From Squalus acanthias (Eukaryota), in the NCBI GenBank assembly GCA_030390025.1, contig CM059431.1, positions 148,802,001-148,866,000 of the forward strand: DNA of 64,000 nucleotides, given 5' to 3'. The translations under genes and the position numbers were made by a program. The notes beneath the pieces were generated by a model that was not told the DNA's origin, did no database searches, and saw only the letters and a list, made by a program, of their open reading frames with translations. Below, piece after piece: positions 50,429 through 62,104 of the stretch (the stretch's first letter is position 1; every line of letters starts with the position of its first letter).

Positions 50429-51469
50429 TTGGAACCGGCGCAGCCTGCCTACCTGTGTCCCCTTGAAAGACACGCACAGGAACAGACCTCCTGTAAGGAG
50501 GCCAGGTTAAATGAGCAGGCCTTACGGGAGGAGAACGCTCGCTTAATGGGGAAAATAGACGGGCTAGAAGGGCAGCTTAGAGACATAAAGGCAGCCTACA
50601 GGGTAGCCAGGAGCAGGGAGTATGAGGATTTAAACCATGGGCCCTGTGAGGAAAGTATAAAATGTCTGACCCAAGCCCTATCCAAAGCCAGAGGGATGGT
50701 TTGCTCAACAACCCCGGGGGAATTCAACACCCCGCAGTTGCAAGCCATGGTAGCAGAGTTGCCCAAACTAAAACAGAATAGAAATCTTCAGCCTCCAGCA
50801 GGCGATATTACACAGAATGCACAAGCAGGGGCGGTGGCCTGTCTTAGGGGAGGGGCCAGACCTGCGAGTGGGGACTCTCAGCCCCGGGTAGAACCGCAGG
50901 TCACGCAGGCCGGTAAAGCAGCCTGCGTGAGGGGAGAAGACATTCTGCAAAAGTGGAGGGTCTCTCCTTTTTCTTGGGATTCGGATGAGGAAGGGCCCGG
51001 AGGGCTCGACCAAGTTTGTGACCCGGTCGGAGAGGTGGTGGGGTCGGAGGACGGAGGTTCCACCCTCGACCCGAGCATAGGGGAGGTAGGGATTACGGGT
51101 GGAGATTCACCTACTGTTGAAACAAGTAGGGTGGAGTCGGAAACCGCAGATCCCGAGCCCAGGGGGGTGGAGCCAGGGGATACAGAACCGGCGGCTGTGG
51201 TGGGACCACAGGCGGTGACGGTGGAAGTCCCGGTCCCCGGTCCGTCGGCCCTGGAGGCCTTGCCCAAGGTGGCCCTCCGCAGGTCGAGTCGGACACCCCA
51301 GCACAGGAAGTTGTGGTCAGATCCCTCGTACACCCCCAGGTATAAGTCCAAGGCAGCCCAGGGAGGTCCCAGTTCCCGATCGGCAGCGACAGGCTGCGGC
51401 GGATCAAAGACAAGGGTCAGTGTCCCCCCGCCACGGGGAACAGCTCGCGGCAGCCTTCTCAGGAGTTAG
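50429..51469 (+). CDS. Open 346-codon ORF in frame after the gag stop; contains a diverged Gag coiled-coil copy and a low-complexity tail
   Basis: LRDIKAAYRVA...HGPCEESIKCLTQALSKARGMVC aligns with gag LRGVRAAYKMA...HSVCQREIEDLREALNKANGLVC; LRRSSRTPQ near the end; no PR, RT, RNase H or IN core motifs. Confidence 0.6.
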   Translation: MEPAQPAYLCPLERHAQEQTSCKEARLNEQALREENARLMGKIDGLEGQLRDIKAAYRVARSREYEDLNHGPCEESIKCLTQALSKARGMVCSTTPGEFNTPQLQAMVAELPKLKQNRNLQPPAGDITQNAQAGAVACLRGGARPASGDSQPRVEPQVTQAGKAACVRGEDILQKWRVSPFSWDSDEEGPGGLDQVCDPVGEVVGSEDGGSTLDPSIGEVGITGGDSPTVETSRVESETADPEPRGVEPGDTEPAAVVGPQAVTVEVPVPGPSALEALPKVALRRSSRTPQHRKLWSDPSYTPRYKSKAAQGGPSSRSAATGCGGSKTRVSVPPPRGTARGSLLRS

Positions 51470-51739
51470 CTAGGCCGCCCTGGGAACGGGCGGCGCTGTA
51501 CAGTAATTTTAGGAGGATAAGTTTAGGTATAGTGTTTTAATATCAGGTTGAGATTGTAGATTAATTTCATAAGTAAATGGTAAAATGATGGGAGTTAGTG
51601 ATAGGAATAGTTAAGGTCTATCCAGTATGCATGTCTTGTACGTGAGACGAGGTCAAGGGACCCGCTCACTCTTCACAAAAGCCAGAGACTGTTGGGAGGC
51701 TGGCTACATCATTTTATCTGATCACAGGAACCAGGAGAT

Positions 51740-54050
51740 ATGAATTGGATTCTTGTGGTGCTCGCGACGATCGGATATGGATTGGCCTATCGGGGCCTCA
51801 CCAAGAATGTCGTTGTGTTCGGTTGCTCCGGGGACACGGCCCCCATCACGACGGATGGGACCGGGAAGCGAGAGGCTGAGGAAAGCGCCACTTATTTCCA
51901 CAATGGAAGGTGGCCGGGATGGCTGGGAACGAATTCAACGGAATACTCCAGCGCATCCGGGTTTGCGTACAAAGAGACTTCTTTACTGTGTCCCAGGGTG
52001 AGGATCGTTGCAGCCAGAATCAGCGTCACCGTTGGCAAAAGGATTTGTTTGGTGTGCATTTTAAACGTCACATTGAGCCGATGGTGGTGGTTACGGAAGT
52101 TAAGCAAGACTATGAGAAATTCCTCGGACGAGTGGGAGCGATTGGGTAACAATACCCATCGGACAATTACGGGGACTAACGGACAAGTGAGAGTCTGTTG
52201 GGACAAATGGTGGGAACCGGATGAGGGAATATATGTTTGTATGTGGGGATCTACGTACGTTTGCCCCAAGGGTATATCCATATTTTTCCTACAACAGTGG
52301 CAGGATGCCGGGAAAGGGATGAGGTGGGACGTCAGCACCCGGGGGTGCGGAGCTCCACTCTCCCCGATCCCGGTAAACGCCACTGAACTCATCACGCGCC
52401 CACGCAAGTCCCCGCCCACGATTCCGGTGGCATTGGCTCAGGAGGAAGGGTGCCCTAAAACCACTAAGGGGCCCGGGAATGGTCTGTTACTGGTGCCAAC
52501 AGATCAGATACTGTATCAGGGGGTACATTACGCGGTGGCCTCGGTGATTCTAAATCTCACCGAGGTGCATTTGCCAGAATGGTGCCCCAAAGAAACGGAA
52601 AAATTGTACCAGGTCCTGTTAACAAACATGTTCAGGCAGTTTTATGAGTTCGATTTTGCAGAGGTTGACAAAACAAGCTAATACACCACACCACACGAAG
52701 TTTTGGGTCAGGTGGGGAGACAAAGAAGGGGTGCTGTGAACGATGTGTTCACTGCTTTTAATACGGGAACATCTGTGGTCAACGCTCTAGATAATGTAGA
52801 GCTGCAGACACAGATCAACGGTTTAAAGACACAGTTAAAGAGCATCGTCACAAATGAGAATAAAGTAGCAGGGTCTGAGTTACATAAGGACCAGGCCATG
52901 ACACTACACTTAAAAGAGATTATAGCAGAGCTGGAGAATCATGTGAGAACGGTAAATGCCCTGATCAGGGAAGATCGAAATGCATCCGATCAAGCTGCGC
53001 AGAACGAGGTGTGCGTGTTATACGGGTGTGGTTACTGGGCGAAGGCCGCAGTAATTTGGAGGATTTAAAACAAGGTTTGGTCCCGTCCTGGATAAGCAAC
53101 AAACACCTGCAGGCGCTACACCCTTTTCAGAACCCATTAAGCCCGTGCCAGCTCAGGCTAGCCTCAGAGGCATACCCAGTCCCAGTGGACTGCGGACACT
53201 CAAATCACACTATCATGGGTATAGTGGTACGGATGCCGGTGTTGGGCAACACAGCAAAGCCCGCCCCGGTGTACAGGGTGGAGAACATTGGACTCATTCA
53301 GGGGGGAGCCCACATTCGCTACGCAGCGGTCCCACCTTACGTCATCCGCTGGGAGCAAACGATGACAGGTACCGACCTCTCAGGTTGTCATAGCAGGGGA
53401 GCACACCTCATACTTGGTCCCCAGCACTTGAATGCCTTTTTAATACCACAATGCGGGTTCAGAACGGCTGGGGCGAAGCCCATGAATTGCACCATGGAAG
53501 CAATGACACAAGATCATGTGCCCCCACAGGTGGCATACATAGGGGGTGGAACGTATTGCGTTACCACTGCAGCGCAACACTACCAGCATGGACAGAACAG
53601 TCGGTGTCCGGTGAGTGACAGCAGTTTCTGTTTTAAACCCAGGGCTGAAGTTCAAGTGGCACAACAGCGAATTGTCCCAATTCCTGCACCCTCCACGGTT
53701 CACCTCACTGTTAAAGAGAATTTCACAGACTTGCAGCGATTCGTCGCGCATTTCGCGTACATCATTCCCCCTCTCCCTGAACACCTCACCAAGATTTTAA
53801 AAGCCGTCATGGTATCACAGAAACATTTTTACACCCTGGAACAGAAGACTCTAGAGATAGGGGCAGAGATATTGGACATAGTAACCCCACCGTGGTGGGA
53901 TCTGTTCACTAATATTGAAGTCCCGTAAGGATCAGGATAGCCTCCCACATTTTGGTAGTATGTCAAGTTGTAATTGTAGTGTACCTGTTGTTCGTGCACT
54001 GCAAAAGGGGCAAACGCCTCACGAGGCAGGAGAACACAGCGGAGTGGTAA
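51740..54050 (+). pseudogene. env: env-like glycoprotein (~770 aa): signal peptide, Ig-like domain, furin site, fusion peptide, heptad repeat, Cys-rich region, TM
   Basis: MNWILVVLATIGYGLA; RQRR|GAVNDVFTAFNTGTSVVNALD (52718-52729); TM IASHILVVCQVVIVVYLLFVHC then KRGKR; lesions: TAA at 52679, frameshifts at ~53024 and ~53928. Confidence 0.85.
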
Positions 54051-54477
54051 GAACGTTACGTGCGCGTGAACGAGGAAACTACTGCGTAAGCTGCCAGGAT
54101 AGTGCCCCTCCATTTTACCGTGTGTGTGTTGTAATTGTTGTAGTTATAAGCTTTTGTGGCTAAGTTTTTGGAACTGTTGTATTTTTAAAACAGTCGGTTT
54201 AATTGTTTTTCTTTTGTAATAAAACATGCATGTACAGGTAGTGCAAGAGGCATCGGCCTTTTGCACCTGGAAGGCGAATACGCAGTGTAAGTTAAAGGCA
54301 ATGCTGTCTATGATTGTCCAAGATAAACACAGTGTGATTTTTCTGGGAAATGAGGACTACATGTGTCGTGGGGGCCATAGATAGATTAATTACCGGGAAC
54401 GTTTGGATGTGGAGAATCGGGATAATTTTAATCAAAAGCATTTAATTGATATGATAAGCGGAGTTATTCGCATCAAC

Positions 54478-54486
54478 AGGAGGGAC
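54478..54486 (+). other. Polypurine tract
   Basis: AGGAGGGAC immediately before the 3' LTR. Confidence 0.65.
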
Positions 54487-56128
54487 TGTAGAGTTTCGCA
54501 ATTATCGCGATTCTAATAATATGAGAGAAGCAGGTTCAATTGATCATTTTTATTGAACGGAATGCTGTCTTGAAAATAAAGGGTACAGAAGCCTGCAAAA
54601 TGGCCGCCGCGCATCGTGGCAGAAGCTTCCAGAGACACAGTGGGCAGACAAGATGGCGTCGAATATACATTCAGTATGAGATCATACCTGGTACAAATTG
54701 AAAAGGCAGGATGCAACCCGTTTGCATTTTTGGACAATAGCAATGATATAAGTGCTTGAATCGTTTCATACGCACAGTAAGAATCATTGCACTGGGCCAT
54801 CGAAAGCCCATCCAGACACATCATTACACAAATACCCCCCCGGATCAACAATGAGAGAGACATTGGCGGGTGATTAAGCCAGTATTCAGGGGGTCCCAAA
54901 ACCAGTTGAGGAGACGATTCATACACATCCTGGCTGGCTCAACAATGAAGAAGGCATTAACGGATAGTTGGCCAGTTTCAGGTGATACCGAAACCCATTA
55001 AGAAGATAATCGCCCCATGCTGGGAGTTTTGGGCGCCAAAATCACACAAAGGATAACATTTAGATTTGAGCGGGAGATAAGGCCGACAAAACTGTATAAC
55101 TATAGGGGACAAATGTCCATCGGGCTCTTGGCTCTTGACTCTTCGCTCTTCGCTCTTGTCGTGTGCTGGTTTCTTCGGCGGGGCTGCGCTGGTCGGTATT
55201 CGAGTGTTGGGTGGATTTCAATCGGAACGAGCCACCTCGACATGGCAGGCAGCAGGGTACACCATCCCGATCGTCGGTAAACGGTGTCCGGACCCATCAG
55301 GGCAACACAGCGGTGTGTTCCCGAGCGAGGCCCGAGTGACGAGAAGAAAGACGAGAAGAAAGACGAGAAGAAATTCCACGTGCCGCCACGGTCAGTAAAC
55401 CCCGACCGCGCCCGAAGATAAACGGCAGAGTCCACCAGTTCGAATTCTACAGACTACTTCATGACCAGGTTTGAATTCCACAAACTAATTCATGACATCA
55501 GGGAGTTTGGCTTACCCTCCGGCTCTTTGAGCGGATAGCCTGAGCCATCCGCGACGAACTTTACCGGGGCCGTCTCGAGTGGACCCATTCGCGGCAGCGA
55601 GAGTAAACAAGTCGGGTGCAGAAACCCTTACAGCCACGTGACAGACAGGCGCTGCAGCGAAACGATCTGAGAGCCTCATTTTAAATTTCCGAAGTGAGCT
55701 GAGTGGTGAGCATGTTTCCCGATAATACAAATCCAGACGTAGTTTAGGTATATTAAGGGAGGGTGGTTTCTAAGGTTAATGTATAATGTGTTCACCCTTT
55801 TACGATGTGTCGTGTGTTCCCCATTTCCATAGACCAAGTTTAATAAATGTGTGTATACTGCTACTCTCTTTGATCTGCGCCTATGACATGTATTTCATGA
55901 TTTTAGACGCCATGCAATAAAGACATTCATTTCGTGCTATTCAACCAGGTCTATTTGAGTCGTTCTCTACATCACTGCTCCTTGCATCTAAGTGCAGATG
56001 TCAGAACCGTAATGGCGAGTGGGTCGAACCACTCACAGGTGCTTATTGCAAAAGTCTGTACGAAGACCAGAGCAAGAAATAGTAGAGGCATCGAAAGCCT
56101 CAGCTCGCACCAGTCCGTGACCCTTACA
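54487..56128 (+). repeat. 3' LTR (1642 bp)
   Basis: Colinear with the 5' LTR, a few percent substitutions by eye, plus a 7-bp duplication (~55144) and a ~30-bp extra segment (~55243-55271). Confidence 0.95.
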
Positions 56129-56389
56129 ATACCTCTCCCGGAACCTGGATTTTTAAGAGGGAGCTTTAATCTGTATCTAACCCATGCTGTAACTACCCTG
56201 GGAATTTTGATGGGACAGTGTAAAGGGAGGTTTATTGTCTATCTAACTCATGCTGTACCTATCGTGGCATTGTCTGGTGTGACAGTGCAGAGGAAGCTAT
56301 ATTCTGTGTGTCACCAGAGCAGCATTTGCCCTGGACGTGTTTGATGGTACAGTGTAGAGGGAGCTTTACTCTGTATCTCTGATATATCC

Positions 56390-58100
56390 CATATCACTCA
56401 AAGTAACACTCTCTGATATAGCCCACACCAATCACTGTAACATTATAAAAAAAACACACACCCTTAGCACTTTGATATGTCCCACACCACTCAGTGTGAC
56501 ACACTCTGACATACCGCACTCCCCTCTCTGTAACACTTTGATATACGCGAGAGCCCTCACTGTTACATTCAGATATACCACACACTCCCCACTGTAACAC
56601 TCTGTTATGCCTCACAAAACACACTGTAACACACTGTTATACCCCACAACCCTTAAAGTAACACTATGATATATCCCAGTACTCTCACTGTAACACTCAG
56701 TTACATGCCACACCCCAGAAGCACTCTTATATACCCCACACCACTCACTGCGACATGCTGATATACACACCCAACACTATATTTCACTGATTTCCCACAC
56801 AGCCTCACTGTAAACATCTGATATACAGCACACCATTTACTGTAAACCTTTAATATATCCCACACATGTCACTCTCACTCTCTTATATTCCAAATACCCC
56901 TCCGTGTAACAATCTGAAATACATAGAAACATAGAAAAATAGGAGAAGCAGTAGGCTATTCGGCCCCCCTTGAGCCTGTTCCACCATTCAATATGATCAT
57001 GGCTGATCCTTTATCTCAATACCATATTCCTGCTATCTACCCATACACCCGACACCACTCATTGTAACAATCTGATATATGCCACACAATGTGCTGTTAC
57101 TCCCTTTACCACTCACTATGATACTGATATACCTCGCCCGTCTCACTGTAGCACACTCTGATATATTCCACCCCCTCACTGTAAAACACTCTGATATACT
57201 CCACAACCCACACTGTAACACTCTGAAACACCCCACACTGAAACAATCTGAAATATCCCACACAACTGACTGTAAAATTCTGATGTAGCCCACACCCCTC
57301 AAAATAACAATCTGATATACACCACACCACTAAGTGTAACACACTGATATACCCCACAACCCAGTAACACTCTGACTTACCCCACACCACTCACTGTAAC
57401 ACTCTGATATACCCCACACACCTCATGGTAACACTCTGATATCCCCCACACAGCTCACTGTAACAGTCTGATATACCGGCACCCCTCACTGTAACACACA
57501 CTGATATACCCCACACCCCTCACGGTAACACTTTGATATACCCCAAGCCCCTCATGGTAACACTCTGATATCCCCCACACCGCCTACTGTAACAGTCTGA
57601 TATAACGGCACACCGCACTGTAACACGCTCTGATAAACCCCACACCGCTCACGGCAACACTCTGATATACTCATCCCCCTCACTGTAACAAACACTGATA
57701 TACACCACATCCCTCGCTGTAACAGTCTGATATGCCCCACAAACCTCGCTGTAACTGTTTGATATACCCCACACAATTTACTGTAACAGACTGATATACC
57801 CCACACCCATCACTGTAAAACTCTGATATACTACACCCCCTCACTGTAACATACTCCGATATACCCCACACTCACTACACTGATAACCCACCTCACTGTA
57901 ACACTCTGATATAACCCACACCCCTCACTTTAACAGTCTGATATACTCCACACAGCTCCCTGTAACACCCTGATATATCCCACAACCCACAATGGAGTAC
58001 TCTGCTTTACCTCACACCATTCACGGTAACTCTCTGATACATGCCACACTCTGGATAGTTACACCCCACACAACTCATTGTAATACTGATATAAGTCGCA
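56390..58100. repeat. ~32-bp minisatellite (CACTGTAACACTCTGATATACCCCACACCCCT)n with a short CR1 tail at ~56915-57045
   Basis: Reverse complement of the 32240-33290 array. Confidence 0.9.
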
Positions 58101-58994
58101 CCACTCACTGTAGCCACTGCCACTTCAATCCCATGGGCTTCAATATTGGTAATATGTGTCACTTTATCAAGCACCTTTTCAACGTATAGGGAAATTGTGA
58201 AAGTGTGAGTAATATCAATCATAAAATCATAGAATTGGTGACCCAAGTTGTGTTGACAATTTGTTTAGCGGAACATGACTCCCCACTCTGGCCACATACC
58301 TCGCCTGGTTTCAATCAGTGATTTTCAAAATCAGTTATTTTATTCCCATTTTATTATTTATATTTATTTGTTCTCAGGATATAGGTGACGCTGTCAACAT
58401 CGGTATTACTTGCCAATTCCCAGTTACCCATGATAAAATGGTGGGCCATCATTTTGAACCGCTGCTGTCGGTGTGGTGAAGGTTCTCCTACAATACTATT
58501 ACGGAAGGAATTTCAGGCTTTTGAACCAATAACAATGAAGGAACGGCGACATATTTGTAGGGTACGGTAGCATAGTGGTTATGTTGCTGGACTAGTAAAC
58601 CAGATTCCTAGACGTATGGTCCTGAGTTCAAATCCACCAACTGGGGAATTTAATTTCAAATAATTAAACAAATCTGGAATTCAAAATAACTGTCAGTAAT
58701 AGTGACCCTAAAACTACCGGATTGTCGTAAAAACACATTTGGTTCACTAATATCCTTCAGGAAAGGAAATCTGCCGTCGTTACCCATTCTGGACGAAATG
58801 TGACTCCAGACCCACAGCAATGTGCTTGACTATTAAATACCCTCTGAAATGGCCTAACAAGCCGTTCAGCTGACTCACCACCACCTTCTCCAGGGCAATT
58901 AGGGATGGACAATAAATGCTGGATATGCCTGCGACGTCCACATTCCAAGAATGAATAAATTAATGATTTATAAAGGGTTATAATGTTGTAACCA

Positions 58995-59415
58995 GAACAG
59001 CCATCTTTGTGCGGGCCGCCAGAGCCGCTATCTTTGTAAGGGACGCGAGATCCGCCATCTTTTATGGGGCGCCAGAACCGCTATTTTTGAGAGGGACACC
59101 GGAGCCGCCATCTTTGTTAGGGGTGCCAGAGCCACCATCATTTTTCGGGACCCCAGATCCGCCATCTTAGTTACGGGACGCCGGAGCCGCCATCTTTGTT
59201 AGGGGCGCCGGAGTAAACATTTTTGTGCCGGAGAACGAAGCCGACATTTTTGTGCGAGGCAACGGAGCCGCCAACATTTTTCGGACCCCGGGGGGTGCCT
59301 TCTTAGTGCTGTGCGCAGCGGCCGCAATCTTTGTGCTGTGCGCCGGGGCCGCCATCTTTGTGCGGAGCGCCAGGGCCGCCAACTTTGTGCGGGGCGCCAG
59401 GGACGCCATCTTGAT
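58995..59415. repeat. 27-bp GC-rich minisatellite, copy B (shorter)
   Basis: Same unit as 685-1232. Confidence 0.9.
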
Positions 59416-59512
59416 TATGTGAATTTCGCAGCCGGCGGGCGGCCCGGATGTGAACGGCTCGCCGCAATATGAGGCCCAGTGAGTTCTGAGGCTGCAAAGA
59501 CTCCGCTTTACA

Positions 59513-60414
59513 TCATCCTTTAATGAATTTTACAATCAGAGTAAACGGATATTTCCCCACATTCTTCAACTGCTCTCTGAACTTAGTCTGGGTCACCGCG
59601 TAAATTCCAGTGTTTGTGCAGCAACTCAGCAGCTGCAGCATCAATCCAAATTCCTGTAAATAAAGAGGTGGACTTGCAGACCGAAACTCCACATACCACA
59701 TCCGGTTCCATATAGCAGACTCCATAAACGCTGCCCATAACAGGATGAAATTGCCCGAGATAACAAGAAGTAAAATGATGGATTTCCTGCGGCTCTCCAT
59801 CTCTGGGTCTCTGGGACACTCCCCACTGCTGGGACCCCGGAGTCTCCTGCGGGCTCTGCTGGCCACTAAAATGTGTCTGACGGTGACAGCATTGAGCAGC
59901 AGAATCACAAATAATGGGACCCCCGGGGTGAGAATATAATGAAGGAACTCGATTGTTCCCCAGACCCTTGACATCCAAAAATTGATTGTTACATAACAAA
60001 ACCAGGGGATGTTCTGAAGCTGATACCGATCTGTGAACATAAAATACCAGAAAATGTTCTTTGAACGGCTCAGCACAGTCACTGTTCCCAGAGCCACAGC
60101 CGCCGTTTTCTCCGTGCAATATTTAGTTTTCAGCTTCTGGCGACAAATGGCCAAAAATCGATCAAAGGTGAAAGTGACGGTGAACCAGACAGAACAATCT
60201 GCGGCTGCATAAAGCAGGACGGCATGGATATTACACACGGGGAGTGACAGTAAGAAAATAAATTGTTCCATATAAACAATTGGAATCTGCTTCAATATCA
60301 GGTCGAGGATAACGACCAGTAGATCCGCCGCTGCCATGGCCACCAGGTAGCGAGTGACACATTTGGAGAGACCGCACTTTCCCCGAGACAGGATCACAAT
60401 CGTCACTAAGTTCA
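59513..60414 (-). CDS. GPR139-like GPCR terminal coding exon, copy B
   Basis: Open frame; acceptor AG at 60416-60415; about 20 aa differences from copy A over ~300 aa. Confidence 0.88.
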
Positions 60415-62104
60415 CTGTGTGGAAGGGAAATAAACAGGGTAATTTTACATCAGGCTGGGAGGGGAAATAAACACGGAAATTATACATCAGGCTGGGAGAA
60501 AGAACAGCATTTTGATAGAATTCGGGGAGAAATCTGCAACTCATTAGCGACATTCAATGATATAATCTAATTCTATTACCTGTGGAGCTGAATACAGGAT
60601 TTATTGTAAGAATAATCGGGAATAGATTGTGGAATTCATAAATGAAACGGGGATAAATATAAGATGAAAGTAACAGATGTTTGAACAATGAGAGATTAAC
60701 TGATAGATCTGCCTTTATCCCAGCAGACAAAAGCACACCTCGACGTACCAGAGACACAAAGGACCAGAATCTTTCAGGAAGCCTTCGTGTCCCGGGATCA
60801 GTCAGCATTTGGAGCGGTGCAATTCGCTTCTGTGCTCTTGTGTTAGGGATGGGAAATTCCCGCTTTGATTACTGCTCCTGGTTAGAATAGTCATTATATT
60901 TAGAACTGAAAATGAATGCAACGGCAAAAAACAAACAGCGTGCAATAATTACTGGCAATTGTATTTAAAATGTACGGCTGTAATATGCAAATGTTAGATA
61001 ATAAATACAAGTGCACTGCAGTTATAAAGATAACTGGGCTGTAAGAAGTGATTTGAAGTTTTTAGTTTTCTACAGTTTTGTTGAAATACACAAATTGTGG
61101 CTCATTGAAAGGAAGATTTTCCAAATAACATTGCAAAGAATGGATTCTGAAATAAAATAAATAGTTATCCTTGACCAGGCAATATTCCACTAAATACACT
61201 TTTTAGGTTAATAATCAAGCGACTTATCCCACAGGCAACGAGCCGGCGAACGCTTTTGTAAAGTAACTGAACACAAATGGAAGAGATTTATCCTGTTGGT
61301 TTCCAATTTGTGCAGAGAATAGTAGTGGAGAAAATACGAAAGGATTTTCTTATCCTCAGTACTGCAGTTACAATCAGCTGGGATTGTTTATCGTGCAGTA
61401 CAGCAGGAGACAATAGAGCATGACTCTGCGTCTCACTGAGAGATCCACTGAACTGTGACAGACGGGCATGGACTCCAATTGTAAATTCAAAACAAAGATT
61501 GGAAATAAACGCATTGAAATATGGCTGACTGAACACTTTTTGAGATCTAAATTATCCTTGTAAACCTTTTCTAACCTTCAGAAGCAGTGCCACTGATGCA
61601 GAACTGGCGATGGTGGGGAAGGAGACACTGACTGGAACTGAATGATTAGCGGATATTTCAGACATTTAAAGATGTGGATGCGATCTGCCAGGATTTGTTC
61701 CTGTGACTCTGTGTCAGTAACCATACCGAGCATTCGGTGAAAACAAAATCAAATTACTGCGGATGCTGCAAAATCTGAAATAGGAACTGAAAGTGCTTTA
61801 AATGCTCAGCAGGTCAGGCAACATCTGTGGAGAGAGAGAGAGAGTTAACGTTACATGTCGATGACCTTTAGCCATGAGGTGAAAAGTCTCCTCAACCAAG
61901 AAAACGTCCTTCTGATTTGTTACAATGTGCAGTGCAGATAGCGAAACGAAATTCCTTAAGCATAGAGAGTCGTCCAATATCTTTTCTTGAGTTGAATATA
62001 AAACAATTGAATCTTGGTAAAACTGTATCAGCTTCAGAATCAATAGCTGACAGAAGAACGGATGGGATGGGGAATGATAAGGAGGGAAATACAGTTAAAC
62101 ATGA

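Larger units (their letters stand above)
47021..56128 (+). mobile_element. Complete LTR retroelement / endogenous retrovirus-like provirus: gag, chimeric ORF, env; pol absent
   Basis: Paired LTRs, TGTA...TACA ends, TSD ATAC (47017-47020, 56129-56132), PBS, PPT, gag and env remnants. Confidence 0.95.
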
